Assembly: GCA_963750165.1 (NCBI GenBank) | Contig: CAVVPN010000003.1 | Span: 3,264,001 to 3,328,000 of the forward strand | Direction: 5' to 3' | Source of the DNA: an uncultured Gemmataceae bacterium | GTDB taxonomy: Bacteria > Planctomycetota > Planctomycetia > Gemmatales > Gemmataceae | Length of the DNA: 64,000 nucleotides | Part shown: positions 39,020 to 49,200 of the stretch, piece by piece | Numbering within the stretch: position 1 is the stretch's first letter | Layout of the letters: every line of letters begins with the position of its first letter | Notes under the pieces: generated by a model | What the model was told of the DNA's origin: nothing | The model's input: the letters and a program-made list of their open reading frames with translations, nothing else | Databases searched by the model: none | Program-made: the position numbers and the translations under genes

Positions 39020-41637
39020 TCACTGTTTGCGCGGCGGCCCGGCGATCGGCTGACCGCCGAAGATAACGCGGTCGTCCTGGTACAGGAAGCGCAAATTAAT
39101 TCGCGCTCGATGTCGTTGAGGGCGATGACCTCGACCTTGCGGTCCTGATGGAGTTCCTGGAACACTTGCTCGTTCACCTGCGCGGCCGGCCCGTCCAGGT
39201 TGCGGAACGCCGGCATGAGGTTCGTGTTGGGGTAGCGCTCCGGGTGTGTCGGGAACATGACCATGAGCCGCGTCCACTGCGGCGAACCGTAGCCCTTCAG
39301 GTTCGGCGCAGATTTGGAGCCCTTGTCGCCGTAGCCGTGGCACTCCATGCAGGTCTGCTTGAACGCCCGGTAGCCCCTGGCAAATTCGCCCTGGTCGTCG
39401 GCCTTTGGCGGGTCGGCAGTCGGTTGCTTCGCCAGCCAGGCGGCGATACGGTCGATCTCGTCATTATCATTCTTCAAACTCTTCTTCGCATCCGCCTTCT
39501 CCTCCGGGCTCGCTTTGGGGTTCGCGATGATCTTCTCGAAAGCCTCGCGGGTCTGGCGCTGTTCGGCGGACCACGTGGCCATGCCTCCGAGCACCGGCGG
39601 GTCCTTCAGCCGCTTCCGATTCGCCTTCAGGTCTTCGATCCGCACCTGAATCACCGCGTCCACGAGGTAGGGCAGGTTCAGCCGATCCAGCGTGCCGACC
39701 ACCGCGACCGACCTTGATTTCTGCAATTTCTGCATCTGATCCGTGATTTTCTTTTTCTCCGCCTCGATTTTCTCCACCAAGGGTTTGTTCCTGGCCTCGC
39801 CGGCCTTGATCGCGCGGCCGAAATATTTGTCATCGTCGGCGCGTTCGATCATGCCGAGGATCCAGTCCTTGCTGCCGAAACCGCCGAGGTCGGACGCGGT
39901 GAAGCCACTCTTGGGGGTCTCGAACTCAGGCAGGCCGGTCTTCGGGTTGGTGTAACTGTGGCAGGTGGCGCACTTCGTCTTGAACAGTTCGCGGCCGCGC
40001 GTCATCGGGTCGTTGCGCACCAGGAACACCGGCCCCTCCGCCGGGATGCCGCGCGACGCCTGCAGCACCGCCCGCTCCGCCGATTCGTGCGCCTCCTTCA
40101 GCGCCTTGAAGTGCTTCTCGATTTCGCCCTGACGCTTCGCCCGGGCGGCGTGCTGCTCGGAGCTTTCTGCGTGTTCCTTCTTCTGCAACTCGTCCCGGGC
40201 GAACTCCCAGACCTCGCGCGGCGTCGTGCTGCCCTCGGGGTACTCGCGGTCCTTGACCGTGAGCTTGATCTTCTCCTCGCTCCTGACCGCGAGATGTTCG
40301 TTGTCGGCCTGGGTGGCGTAGATCAGGAAGCCGGTGAGACCGAGCACCGTCACCAGCACGAGCACGCCGAAGCCGTACACCACCTTGCGGACGACGCCGT
40401 GCGGCAGTACCGCCAGCAGCCCCAGGTAGAGCAGATAGAAGCCACCCGCGGCCGGCACCACGTACAGCGCCAGCTGCGTCAACAGTTCGCGCAGCACCGG
40501 GTCGATGGTGTCGTCGGCCAGCGCCAGGATCGTCAGCGTCGCGGCGCCGACGATCAGCGACAGCACCACGATGACGCCGAGCACGCGGCCGAACGGTCGT
40601 AGTTTGCCGATGCCGAAGAACGGCAGCAGGAACAGCAGCAGGCCGGCCCCCTGCGGGATGGCGACCGTGCCGATGAGGATCTGCGGTCCTTCAAAATACT
40701 TCAGCAGCTGGAACAGGAACAGGAAGTACCACTCCGGCCGGGCGGGGAACTCCTTCGTGCGGTCGGCCGGGGCGTCGAGATTGGCGCCCATCCCCTTGCG
40801 GCCGGCCTTCGCCCAGTCCTCGTACAGGCCGGGCACCTCCGCGCCGGCCGCGGCCTCGGTTTCGATCTTGTTGCCCTGGCCGCCGAAGACCACCAGCGAC
40901 ACCATGACCGCGAACACGACCAGGCAAGCGACCAGGTCCTTGAACGCCTGGTCCGGCCAGAAGACGCCCTGTTTGGGGTGGTCCTCGGGCACGTTGGCGG
41001 TGAGGCCCTGCTTGCGGAAGACGGCGATATGGGCGATGATGAGCACGATCATGAGCGGCGGCAGGATGGCGACGTGCAGCGCGAAGAAGCGCGTCAGCGT
41101 GGCGTTGCCGTACTCCGGGCCGCCGACCGCGAAGCGCGCGATCTCCGGTCCCAGCACCGGCAGCGTGCCGGCGATGTTCGTGGCCACGCGCGTCGCCCAG
41201 AAGCCCTTCTGGTCCCACGGCAGCAGGTAGCCGGTCAGGCTCAGGCCAAGGACGCAGCCCATCAACAGCAGGCCGAGCCACCAGTTAACCTCACGCGGCG
41301 GCAGCTGGGCCCCGGCGATGACCACCTGTAGCATGTGGACGGCCAGCAGCACGACCATCGTCTGCGAACCGAAGTGATGCAGGCCGCGAATGAACCAGCC
41401 GAAATCCATCTGGTACTGGATGTAGAACACGCTCGACCAGGCAGCGGTGTCGCCGGGGCTGTAGGCGGTCATGAGCAGCACGCCCGTGACCAGCTGGATG
41501 AAGAAGACGAACGTCAGCGTGCTGCCCCAGACGTACCGCCATTTGGCGCCGCCGGGGATGTGCTCCAGCAGCAGCGCCGCCATGAGCTTGCGGTAGTTGG
41601 TGCGTGCGTCCAGCCAGTCACGGAATTTCGAGACCAC
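39020..41637 (-). CDS. Cytochrome b of a Rieske/cytb complex fused to a two-heme cytochrome c region; apparent frameshift near 39094
   Basis: IRGLHH, LTGYLLPWDQ, TLTRFFALH, RPEWYFLFL, CATCH, CMECH. One added T gives the C-terminus LRFLYQDDRVIFGGQPIAGPPRKQ*. Confidence 0.9.
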
Positions 41638-41692
41638 GACGGTTCCTTTGCTGCTGCGGGGAGAGGGAAGGCCTCCGGGGCGAACGCGGGCC

Positions 41693-42217
41693 TTACTTCC
41701 GCTCGTCCTTCTCGGGCCGGCCCTGGATGAAGTTCTTGTATTCCACCTCGACCACGGCGTCGGGGCCGGTGCCCTGGACGCGGCATGCCAGCGAGTCCAT
41801 ATCGCGCGGCGCGGGGTTCTCGCCGCCGGCCATCAGCCGAGTGCCGTTGCTGTCGAAGGTGGCATGGTGGCAGGGGCAGATGAACTGCTGTCCCTGGGAG
41901 CCGATGGGGCAGCCCAGGTGCGGGCAGATTTGCGTGAACGCCTTGACGCTGTTGTCCGGCTGGCGGATAAGCCAGACGCGGCCGATCACGTCATCGGGGT
42001 AGAGCGTCCAGGCGTCGGTGCGTGTGTCGCGGACCACGGCGGCATAGGGCACGTTCTCGCGCAGGTCGCTGAGGCGGGCGACGGCGCGGAACTTGCTGTC
42101 CGGGGCCTTGCGGTTGCGCGGGTCGATGAGATAGCAGACGGCCGGCACGCCGAGGACGACGGCGAAGATGCCGCTCAGCCCGTTGGTCAGCCAGGCCAAA
42201 AAGGTGCGTCTTTCCAC
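41693..42217 (-). CDS. Rieske 2Fe-2S subunit
   Basis: Tat-like RRTFL plus TM helix; CPHLGC; CPCH. Confidence 0.93.
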   Translation of the reverse strand: MERRTFLAWLTNGLSGIFAVVLGVPAVCYLIDPRNRKAPDSKFRAVARLSDLRENVPYAAVVRDTRTDAWTLYPDDVIGRVWLIRQPDNSVKAFTQICPHLGCPIGSQGQQFICPCHHATFDSNGTRLMAGGENPAPRDMDSLACRVQGTGPDAVVEVEYKNFIQGRPEKDERK

Positions 42218-42376
42218 TGGGAGAGCCTTTCGTCGCGGGAAATCCGAGTGCGACGCTGACCGGCCGGCGGAGGCGGGTCGCGCGCTTCAGGCGGGCAGAA
42301 ACCGGGGGCGAAGGCGATTCACTAACCCCTCATGGTATCCGCGTCACAGTGGTTGTCAATCGGCAGGCGGCCGCAG

Positions 42377-42494
42377 GGTCGTTCCCCAGAAGCGCGCTCA
42401 GGGGTATAATAGAGACAGTGCCAGGGAGGGTTTTCATCTCGTTTCATTTCACACCCCCCCTGTCAGCCCCAGGGGACGCGCAGGTTCCCTACCC
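42377..42494 (+). ncRNA. Dispersed element family A, copy 3 (no + strand ORF downstream)
   Basis: GGTCGTTCCCC..GGTATAAT..AGTGCCAGGGAGGGTTTTCATCTCGTTTCATTTCACACCCCCCCTG..CAGGGG..GGTTCCCTACCC. Confidence 0.5.
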
Positions 42495-42529
42495 TCGACC
42501 TCCGGTCGCTGACACTCCCGGCTCGCCAA

Positions 42530-43510
42530 TCAACCATTCAGCGCCGTCTGCACCGCCGCCAGCACGCGCGCCTTCGCCTCCGGCAGCGCCGCCTCGATAA
42601 TGGCCCCGGACGCCAGGCGGTGACCGCCGCCGCCGAACAACTCCGCGACCTTCGCCACGTCCACGCGCGCCCGCGACCGCAGGCTCACCTTGACGCCGCC
42701 GCGCGGCTGCTCCATGAAGAACAGCCCGACCTCGACGCCGCTGATGCTGCGCGTGAAGTTCACCAGGTCCTCGGTGTCCTGCGGCACCGCGCCGGTGGCG
42801 GCGTAGTCGTCGCGGTGGATTTCCGTGAACGCGACGCGACCGCCCTCGATCACCTGCAGCCGGCCCAGCGCCAGGCCCATCAGCCGCAGCCGCGCCAGTG
42901 TGCTCTGCTCGAACAGGTGCTCGTAGAGCTGCGTCGGCTGTGCCCCGGCCCGGACCAGCTGCTCGGCCAGCGCGAACGTCGCGGGGCTGGTGTTGGAGTG
43001 GCGGAACCAGCCCGTGTCCGTCGCCACGGCGGCGAACAGATGGTTCGCGGCCGCCGCCGACAGCCGATCCCCCAGCACCGCCACGGCCTCGAAGACGAGC
43101 CGGCCGGTCGCCTCCGCGGTCGTGTCCACCAGGCGCACCGCCCCCAAGTCGTCCTGCGAGACGTGATGGTCGATGACCACCTTGGACACGTTCAATTGTC
43201 GCAAAAACGGCCCGAAGTCGCCGAGCTGGTTCCAGGTGCCGGTGTCAAGGACGACGACCACCTCGGCACCGAGCCAGGCATCGCCGGGCGGCTCGAAACG
43301 CTGAATGCGGCGGCGGGGGTCGAGGAAGTCATAGCGTGGCGGCCAGGCGCTGGCGATGACCAGCTGCACCTGTTTGCCGCGCCGCTCCAGCACGTCGGCC
43401 AGGGCCAGCTGCGAGCCGAGGCCGTCGGCGTCGGGGCGGACGTGCGTGGTGAGCAGGAAGCGTTGGTGCCGGTGTACCAGATCGACCAGCGGGGCCCAGT
43501 CTAGCGGCAT
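42530..43510 (-). CDS. nrnA: DHH-family phosphoesterase (NrnA-like oligoribonuclease/pAp phosphatase)
   Basis: HVRPDADGLGS, VIDHH, TDTGWF, SLRS, GGGGH..ASG. Confidence 0.9.
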   Translation of the reverse strand: MPLDWAPLVDLVHRHQRFLLTTHVRPDADGLGSQLALADVLERRGKQVQLVIASAWPPRYDFLDPRRRIQRFEPPGDAWLGAEVVVVLDTGTWNQLGDFGPFLRQLNVSKVVIDHHVSQDDLGAVRLVDTTAEATGRLVFEAVAVLGDRLSAAAANHLFAAVATDTGWFRHSNTSPATFALAEQLVRAGAQPTQLYEHLFEQSTLARLRLMGLALGRLQVIEGGRVAFTEIHRDDYAATGAVPQDTEDLVNFTRSISGVEVGLFFMEQPRGGVKVSLRSRARVDVAKVAELFGGGGHRLASGAIIEAALPEAKARVLAAVQTALNG

Positions 43511-43891
43511 GGACTACCCTTCGTGAGGTGTGGGCGAAAGTAATTGATGCTTCAATTATAGCCTGCGCCGCGGCAGTCGCCCATTGGGGCGGAAGAGCAG
43601 TCGTTACGGATCAGCGAAAAGCGCGGGCTACGTTGGGAAGAAGCGAAAGGATTTGTCCGGCAGCAGGCTTGCGAAGCCCGATTTGTGGTGCATAAGAAGA
43701 GTGTTCCTGGTGGGAACCACGGGTGTGGGCGATAGGCCATGGACCTCACGGTTACGGGATTGTCATCCAACCGGCACGATGCCGGCACTCTCCCGAATAT
43801 CCTAGCGCGGTTCGCAGTTGTGTGGCCCACGAAGGGCAGGCCAGTGCTCCCGAACCGTCCTGCAAACTGCGCGAGCCGCTCCCAGGCTCGA

Positions 43892-43948
43892 ATCTCGACG
43901 TGTGAAAAAGTTGGCCCCCTTGGCCTCCTTGGCCCCCTTGCTATGGCA
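43892..43948 (+). repeat. Dispersed element family B, copy 2
   Basis: ATCTCGACGTGTGAAAAAG(TTGGCNNNC)3TTGCTATGGCA. Confidence 0.8.
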
Positions 43949-44147
43949 GCGCAGGCCGCTGGAGGTCAGCCCGTGCCCGCCGACACTTGTGCGCAAACCG
44001 TGCGTGAACCGCGCTAAAGGATACCGCCAGTGGCCCACCAGGGACACTCTTACCTTCCAGAGAATAACCAATCCATTCTCAGGACACAAGACGGCCTTAT
44101 TTCAGAAGCCGTCTCCCCGACTGCTTCGGGCCCGCACAAAACGCAAA

Positions 44148-44954
44148 TCAGGCATCCACGGAACCGGAAACCGCGCTTGCGGCTGTTTGCCGCGCCGACG
44201 CTGCCCCCGAGTTCGCCAGCCGCACCCGCGCCGTGGTGACCTGCGCTGCCTGCGCCGGCTGGCGGCCCAGCAGCACCCGCGACCACCAGAACGGCAGTAG
44301 CACCGCCAGCGTCCGCGGGATGTCCGCCAGCGACACCTTGCTGCCGCCGCGCAGCCGTGGACGGTGCGTCACCGCCGCCTCCGCCACCGCGAAGCCCAGT
44401 TGCCGCGCGCGCGTCAGCATCTCCGTGTTGACGAAGTAGCCGCGCGACTCCGGCAGCAGCAGCGCCAGCGCCTCGCGGCGAAACACCTTCAGCGCACAGT
44501 CCACATCGCGCACGCGCGTGCCGAGCAACCGCCGCACCAGCACGTTGTAGCCCCACGAGTAGAACCGTCGCCGCCAGGGATCCTGGCGGTGCCGCCGATA
44601 GCCGACCGCCACCGGCCGCGCGTCCGTCAGCGGCACCAGGCGGCCCAGGTCGGCCAGGTCGAACTGGCAGTCCGCGTCGGTGAACGCCACGCGCTCGCAG
44701 CGCACCGCCTCGAAGCCGGTGCGCAGGGCGGCGCCGTAGCCGCGGTTTTTGTCGTGGCGCAGCAACCGGACGCACGGGCGACCCACGGCGGCCGCGGCGG
44801 CAACCGCGGCGGTGCGGTCGGTGCTGCCGTCGTCCACGACCAGGATTTCGTAGTGATCGGTGAGGCGGCGCAGGATGTCGTCCGCCTCGGCGATGGCCTG
44901 AGCGATGCCCGCTTCTTCGTTGTAGGCCGGCAAGATGAGTGATAAACCGTCCAT
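44148..44954 (-). CDS. Glycosyltransferase family 2 (Dpm1-like)
   Basis: LPAYNEE, VVDDGSTD, NRGYGAAL, FTDAD, DVDCALK. Confidence 0.92.
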   Translation of the reverse strand: MDGLSLILPAYNEEAGIAQAIAEADDILRRLTDHYEILVVDDGSTDRTAAVAAAAAVGRPCVRLLRHDKNRGYGAALRTGFEAVRCERVAFTDADCQFDLADLGRLVPLTDARPVAVGYRRHRQDPWRRRFYSWGYNVLVRRLLGTRVRDVDCALKVFRREALALLLPESRGYFVNTEMLTRARQLGFAVAEAAVTHRPRLRGGSKVSLADIPRTLAVLLPFWWSRVLLGRQPAQAAQVTTARVRLANSGAASARQTAASAVSGSVDA

Positions 44955-45013
44955 GGTTCTCAGTCCTCCCGGGCGGAGATTACCATCCCCAGCCCGGGAA
45001 TACCAGACGAACA

Positions 45014-45112
45014 GGATTCACCACAAAGACACAAAGGACACAAAGAAGACAGAAGAAATTAATTTAATTTCTTCTGTCTTCTTTGTGTCCTTTGTGTCTT
45101 TGTGGTGAATCC
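45014..45112. repeat. Perfect 49-bp-arm palindrome built of ACACAAAG-type nonamers
   Basis: Arms 45014-45062 and 45064-45112 are exact reverse complements around a single T. Confidence 0.9.
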
Positions 45113-45118
45113 CTCTTC

Positions 45119-46165
45119 CTATCGTTGGAAGATGGGCAGGTAGTTGGCCGGCACCGACAGCACGATGACGGCGATGCTGGTCTGGTAGACCGGCCCAACC
45201 TCACCGCGGCTGACGTGCGTCCAGCTGCCGTCCTTGGACTGCATCTTCAGAAACTGCTGGCTGATGTGCGTGTACCAGTCGTCCCACTCACGACCGCCGA
45301 CGCGGTGCATGGCGTGGGCGGCGTAGTAGTGGCCGTAGAAGTAGTGCATGTACTCGTTGGAGCGGTTCTTCAGGAACGTGATCGCCTTGGGCATTTCCGC
45401 CTTGGTGAAGCGCTTATTGGATTCGTCCTCCTCCTTGCCGCCCTCGCGCTTGCGGTCGCCCTCGGTCAGGAACAGAATGCACAGGCCCGCCGCGGTGCGG
45501 GCGAAGCCGGGCGCCCCGCCGCCCGCCTGGTACGAGAAGCCGCCGGCGTTCTTGTTGTAGCAGCGGTCGATGTAGCCGAGCGCCTTCTTCATAGTCTCCT
45601 TGGGCACCGCCATGCCGGCGTTGTTGGCGGCGCGCAATGCCATCACCTGCATGACCGTGATGGAGATGTCCGAGCCGCTCGGGTACGGTTGGTAGCGCCA
45701 GCCGCCCTCGGGGCTCTGGCACTTGATAATCAGATCGACCGCCTTCTTCAGGACCGGTTTAATATCCTCGTTGTTGGTCGAGCCCCACAGTTCCGCCAGG
45801 GCCAGCGTCGCCATGGCGTGGCAATACATGTTGCCGCCCTGGCCGCCGACCAGGTAGCCGTCGTTCGGCCGCGAGCAGCTGATGAGGAAGCGGGCGCCCT
45901 TGGACACCTCGGGGCCAAACTGGCCCTGGTTGGGCAGGTGACCCTGCGACATGAACGCCAGCAGCGCGAAGGCGGTGATGGCGGTGTTGTGCGAGTAGCC
46001 GCCATCGCTCCAGGAACCGTCCTGGTTCTGCCTGGCGGCGAGCCATTCCAGAGCCTTGGCGGTGGCCTTCTTGGTTTTCTCATCCATCTTCACGTCGGCC
46101 GACGCAGGGCCAGCGAACGTGACAACCAGCACCGCGGCGGCGCCGACACTGAGGAACCAGCGCAT
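45119..46165 (-). CDS. Exported prenyltransferase/squalene-oxidase-repeat (alpha-alpha toroid) protein
   Basis: Signal peptide; QW-like motifs RQNQDGSW, CQSPEGGWRY, MQSKDGSW; MYCHAMATLALAE; ends LPIFQR. Confidence 0.85.
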   Translation of the reverse strand: MRWFLSVGAAAVLVVTFAGPASADVKMDEKTKKATAKALEWLAARQNQDGSWSDGGYSHNTAITAFALLAFMSQGHLPNQGQFGPEVSKGARFLISCSRPNDGYLVGGQGGNMYCHAMATLALAELWGSTNNEDIKPVLKKAVDLIIKCQSPEGGWRYQPYPSGSDISITVMQVMALRAANNAGMAVPKETMKKALGYIDRCYNKNAGGFSYQAGGGAPGFARTAAGLCILFLTEGDRKREGGKEEDESNKRFTKAEMPKAITFLKNRSNEYMHYFYGHYYAAHAMHRVGGREWDDWYTHISQQFLKMQSKDGSWTHVSRGEVGPVYQTSIAVIVLSVPANYLPIFQR

Positions 46166-46201
46166 ATCAATCCTCCCAACCAGTAAGGACCGCCGGACAA
46201 A

Positions 46202-46271
46202 ACCCGTCTCCGTTGATGATTCGTGGGGCAGACATTCCTGTCTGCCCCACGAATCATCAACGGAGACGGGT
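46202..46271. repeat. Perfect 33-bp-arm palindrome with GTGGGGCAGACATTCCTGTCTGCCCCAC REP-like core
   Basis: Arms 46202-46234 and 46239-46271, TTCC loop. Confidence 0.9.
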
Positions 46272-46296
46272 GGTTATCCGCCAACTCCAAGGGGGG

Positions 46297-49200
46297 TTAC
46301 TTCTTCTGCGTCGGCATCGGCGCGGGGGCGTTGGCCACCGGCCGGCCGCGAGCGATGTTGGCGAAGTACTGCTGGATCAGGTTGGCGTACTCCGGCGGCA
46401 GTTCGCCGCTGAGCGCCTGGCGAATCATCTCGCGCTGCCGCGGCGGCAGGTCGAGCAGGGAGGCGTCGTTGAGCACGTCGTTCAGTTTCGACTTCTCATT
46501 GCTGACCTTGCCGTCAGCGATGCGGTCGCCGCTGCCCTTCGTGTCATTTCTCTCCTGGCTCTTGCCCTTGCCCTTGCCTTTGCCCTGCCCCTGGCCTTGT
46601 CCCTGCCCCTGGCCTTGTCCCTGGCCCTGGCCTTGACCTTGACCCTGGCCTTGACCCTGCCCCTGGCCTTGACCCTGACCCTGACCTTCGCCCTGGCCCT
46701 GACCTTCGCCCTGACCCTGGCCTTCGCCCTTGCCCTGGCCCTCACCCTTCTGAGCCTGGGCCATCTGCGCCTGTTGCATGGCCTGCTGGGCCTGCTTCAT
46801 CTGCTGGGCGGCCTTCTGCTGCGCCTGACCGGCCTGGCCGGGCTGACCCTGACCGAGCTGACCCTGCGCCTGGTTCAGGTTCTGGGCGGCCTGCTGCAGT
46901 TGCTTCTGCACCTGCTGCGGCGCCTGGGCCTGGGCCTGACCGAGGGCGCCCTGGGCGGCCTGCGTCGCCTGCTGCGACTGGGCCGCGGCCTTGGTCGCGT
47001 CCATCAGCTTCTGCTGCGCCTGCGCTAGCTGGCCGGGCGTCTTGGCGTCACCGGGTTGCGGGGCGCCCTGCTGGCCCTGACCCTGCTTGGGCTGGCCCGC
47101 CTGGGCTTGCTGCGGCTGGCCCTGCTTGGCGTCGCCAGCCTTGGCCTGACCCTGCTTGGCGTCGCCGGCCTTGGGCTGGCCCTGCTTCGGGTCGCCGCCC
47201 TTGGCCACGTTGTCCTTCGGCTGCCCTTCCTTGGCCTGACCCTGCTTGGGGTCGCCCTGCTTCGGGTCGCCGGCCTTGGCCTCGCCCTGCTTGGGATCGC
47301 CCTCCTTCATGTCGCCCTGCTGCTTGGCCTCGCCCTGCTTCTGGTCGCCCTGCTTGGGGTCGCCCTGTTTCGCCTCGGACGGCTGGGCCTGGTTCTGCTT
47401 GGCCTCGCCCTGCTTGGGGTCGCCCTGCTTCGGATCGCCCTGCTTGGCCTCGGCGGGCTGTTGCTGCTTGCCGTCCATCGGATTTTGCTTGGCCTCGCCC
47501 TCCTTCGGCTGCTGCTCCATCGGCTGGCCCTTGGCGGCCTCCTGCAACTTCTCCAGGGCCTGCTTCTGCTCCTCCAGGGCCTTGTTGAAGTCGCCCTGCT
47601 TCAGCGCCTCGGCGGCCTTGTCGGCGGCCTTGTTCGCCTCGGGCTGCTTCAGCTCCGCGGCCTTGTCGGCGATGTCCTTCTGCAACTCGGCCAGATCCTT
47701 CGCGGCCTGGGCGGCCTCGTTGGCCTTGTCGGCCGCCTTCTCAGCCTGCTCGATGGCCTTCTGCAACTGCTCCTGGGCCTGCTGCGGATCGACCTTCTTG
47801 CCCTGCATGGCAATCTGGTCGGCCAGCTCCTTGCCCTTCTCATTGGCCAGCTGTTTTTGAATCTCCTTCGCCGCCTCGTCCAGCTTTTGCTTGGCGGCGT
47901 CAGCGTTCTTGGCGCCCGGGTCCGTCTTGTTATCCGCAAGTTCCTTCTTGGCGGCGTTCATGTCCTTGGCGCTGTCAGCGACCTTCTCGCCGGCCTTCGG
48001 CGCCAGCGGGTCCAGTTCCTTGCTCAGATCCTTGGCCTTCGGCTCCAACTGGCCCTGCTTGTTGGCGATGTCCTTCGGCTCCTGGGCGGTCGGGGCCTTC
48101 TGGGCGGCCTCGTTGGCCTTGTTCGCGACCTTGCCCTGCTCCTTCGCCAGCTGGTCGAGCTTTTTGGCGGCCGCTTCCAGCTTGGCGATGTCGTCGCGGC
48201 GCTTCTGCACCTCGGCGATCTGGTCTTCCAGGGCCTTCTTGGCCTCTTCCAGCGACTTGATGGCGTCGGTCTGCTTGGACATCGCCGGCGGGGCCTGCTT
48301 GTCCTCCAAATTCTTGGTCGCCTTGTCCATCGCCTTGGCGGCCTGATCCAGCGCGTTCTTCACTTCCTGCTTTTCCGGCAGCGGCGTGTCCTTCAGCTCC
48401 TTGGTCTGCTTGGCCAGATCCTTCTGGATTTCGCCAATCTGCGGCAGCTGGTCAGCCGGCGCCCGCTTGGTGTCGCTGCGAGTTTCCTTCTGCTCCTTGA
48501 TGAGCCTTTCGACCTGTTCGGCGGCGTTCTTGAGGGCCGCCAGCGGATCGACCTTCTGCTTTTCTTCCTTGGCGATCATCTTCTCGATTTCATCGCGCAC
48601 CTTTTTCATCGACTCGGCGGCCTGCTCCTGGTTGGGGTTGGCCTTGTCGAGTTCGGCGTGGCGCAACTCCTTCTCGGCGTCGCGCATGGCCTTCTGGGCC
48701 TCGCCGAGCTTGGCGGCCAGATCGGTGGAGTGCGGGTTGAGCAGGTTGCGCGTGTCGCGCGTGTCGAACTCCAGCTTCGCCTGGAAGTCGCTCAGATCCT
48801 TGGCGGCCTTGGCGACTTCGGCGGGCGTCAGCTTCTTGTCGCCCTCGGGCAGTTCCAGGCCCGGCACCCTGTCCTTCTTGCCCTTGTTGGCGGTCTCGGC
48901 CTGCTTGGGCTGGTCCTTACCGTTGACCTCCTTGGCGACCTCGGCCAGGGCTTCCTGCTCGCGGATGGACTGGTCGAGGCGGGCCTTGGCTTCCTTCAGG
49001 GCGGCCAGCTTGGCCTGCGGGTCGCGCAGGGTGCGGGCCAGCGATTGCAGGTTGCTCTCGGAGGTCCGCTGCAGCTCGTTGGCCTCCTGCCAGACCTTCA
49101 CCTGGTTGTCCAGGTCGTTCGGCCGCAGGGTGTTGAGCCGATTGGCGATCTTGACCATGTTGTCCAGAACGTCCTGCTCCTTCGCCAGATACTGCATCTC

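Noticed and set aside
43552..44148. Short ORFs in the 16.0-16.6 kb and 43.5-44.1 kb intergenic regions
   Set aside because: No RBS or coding-like composition; their shared peptide similarity is explained by the DNA repeat B.
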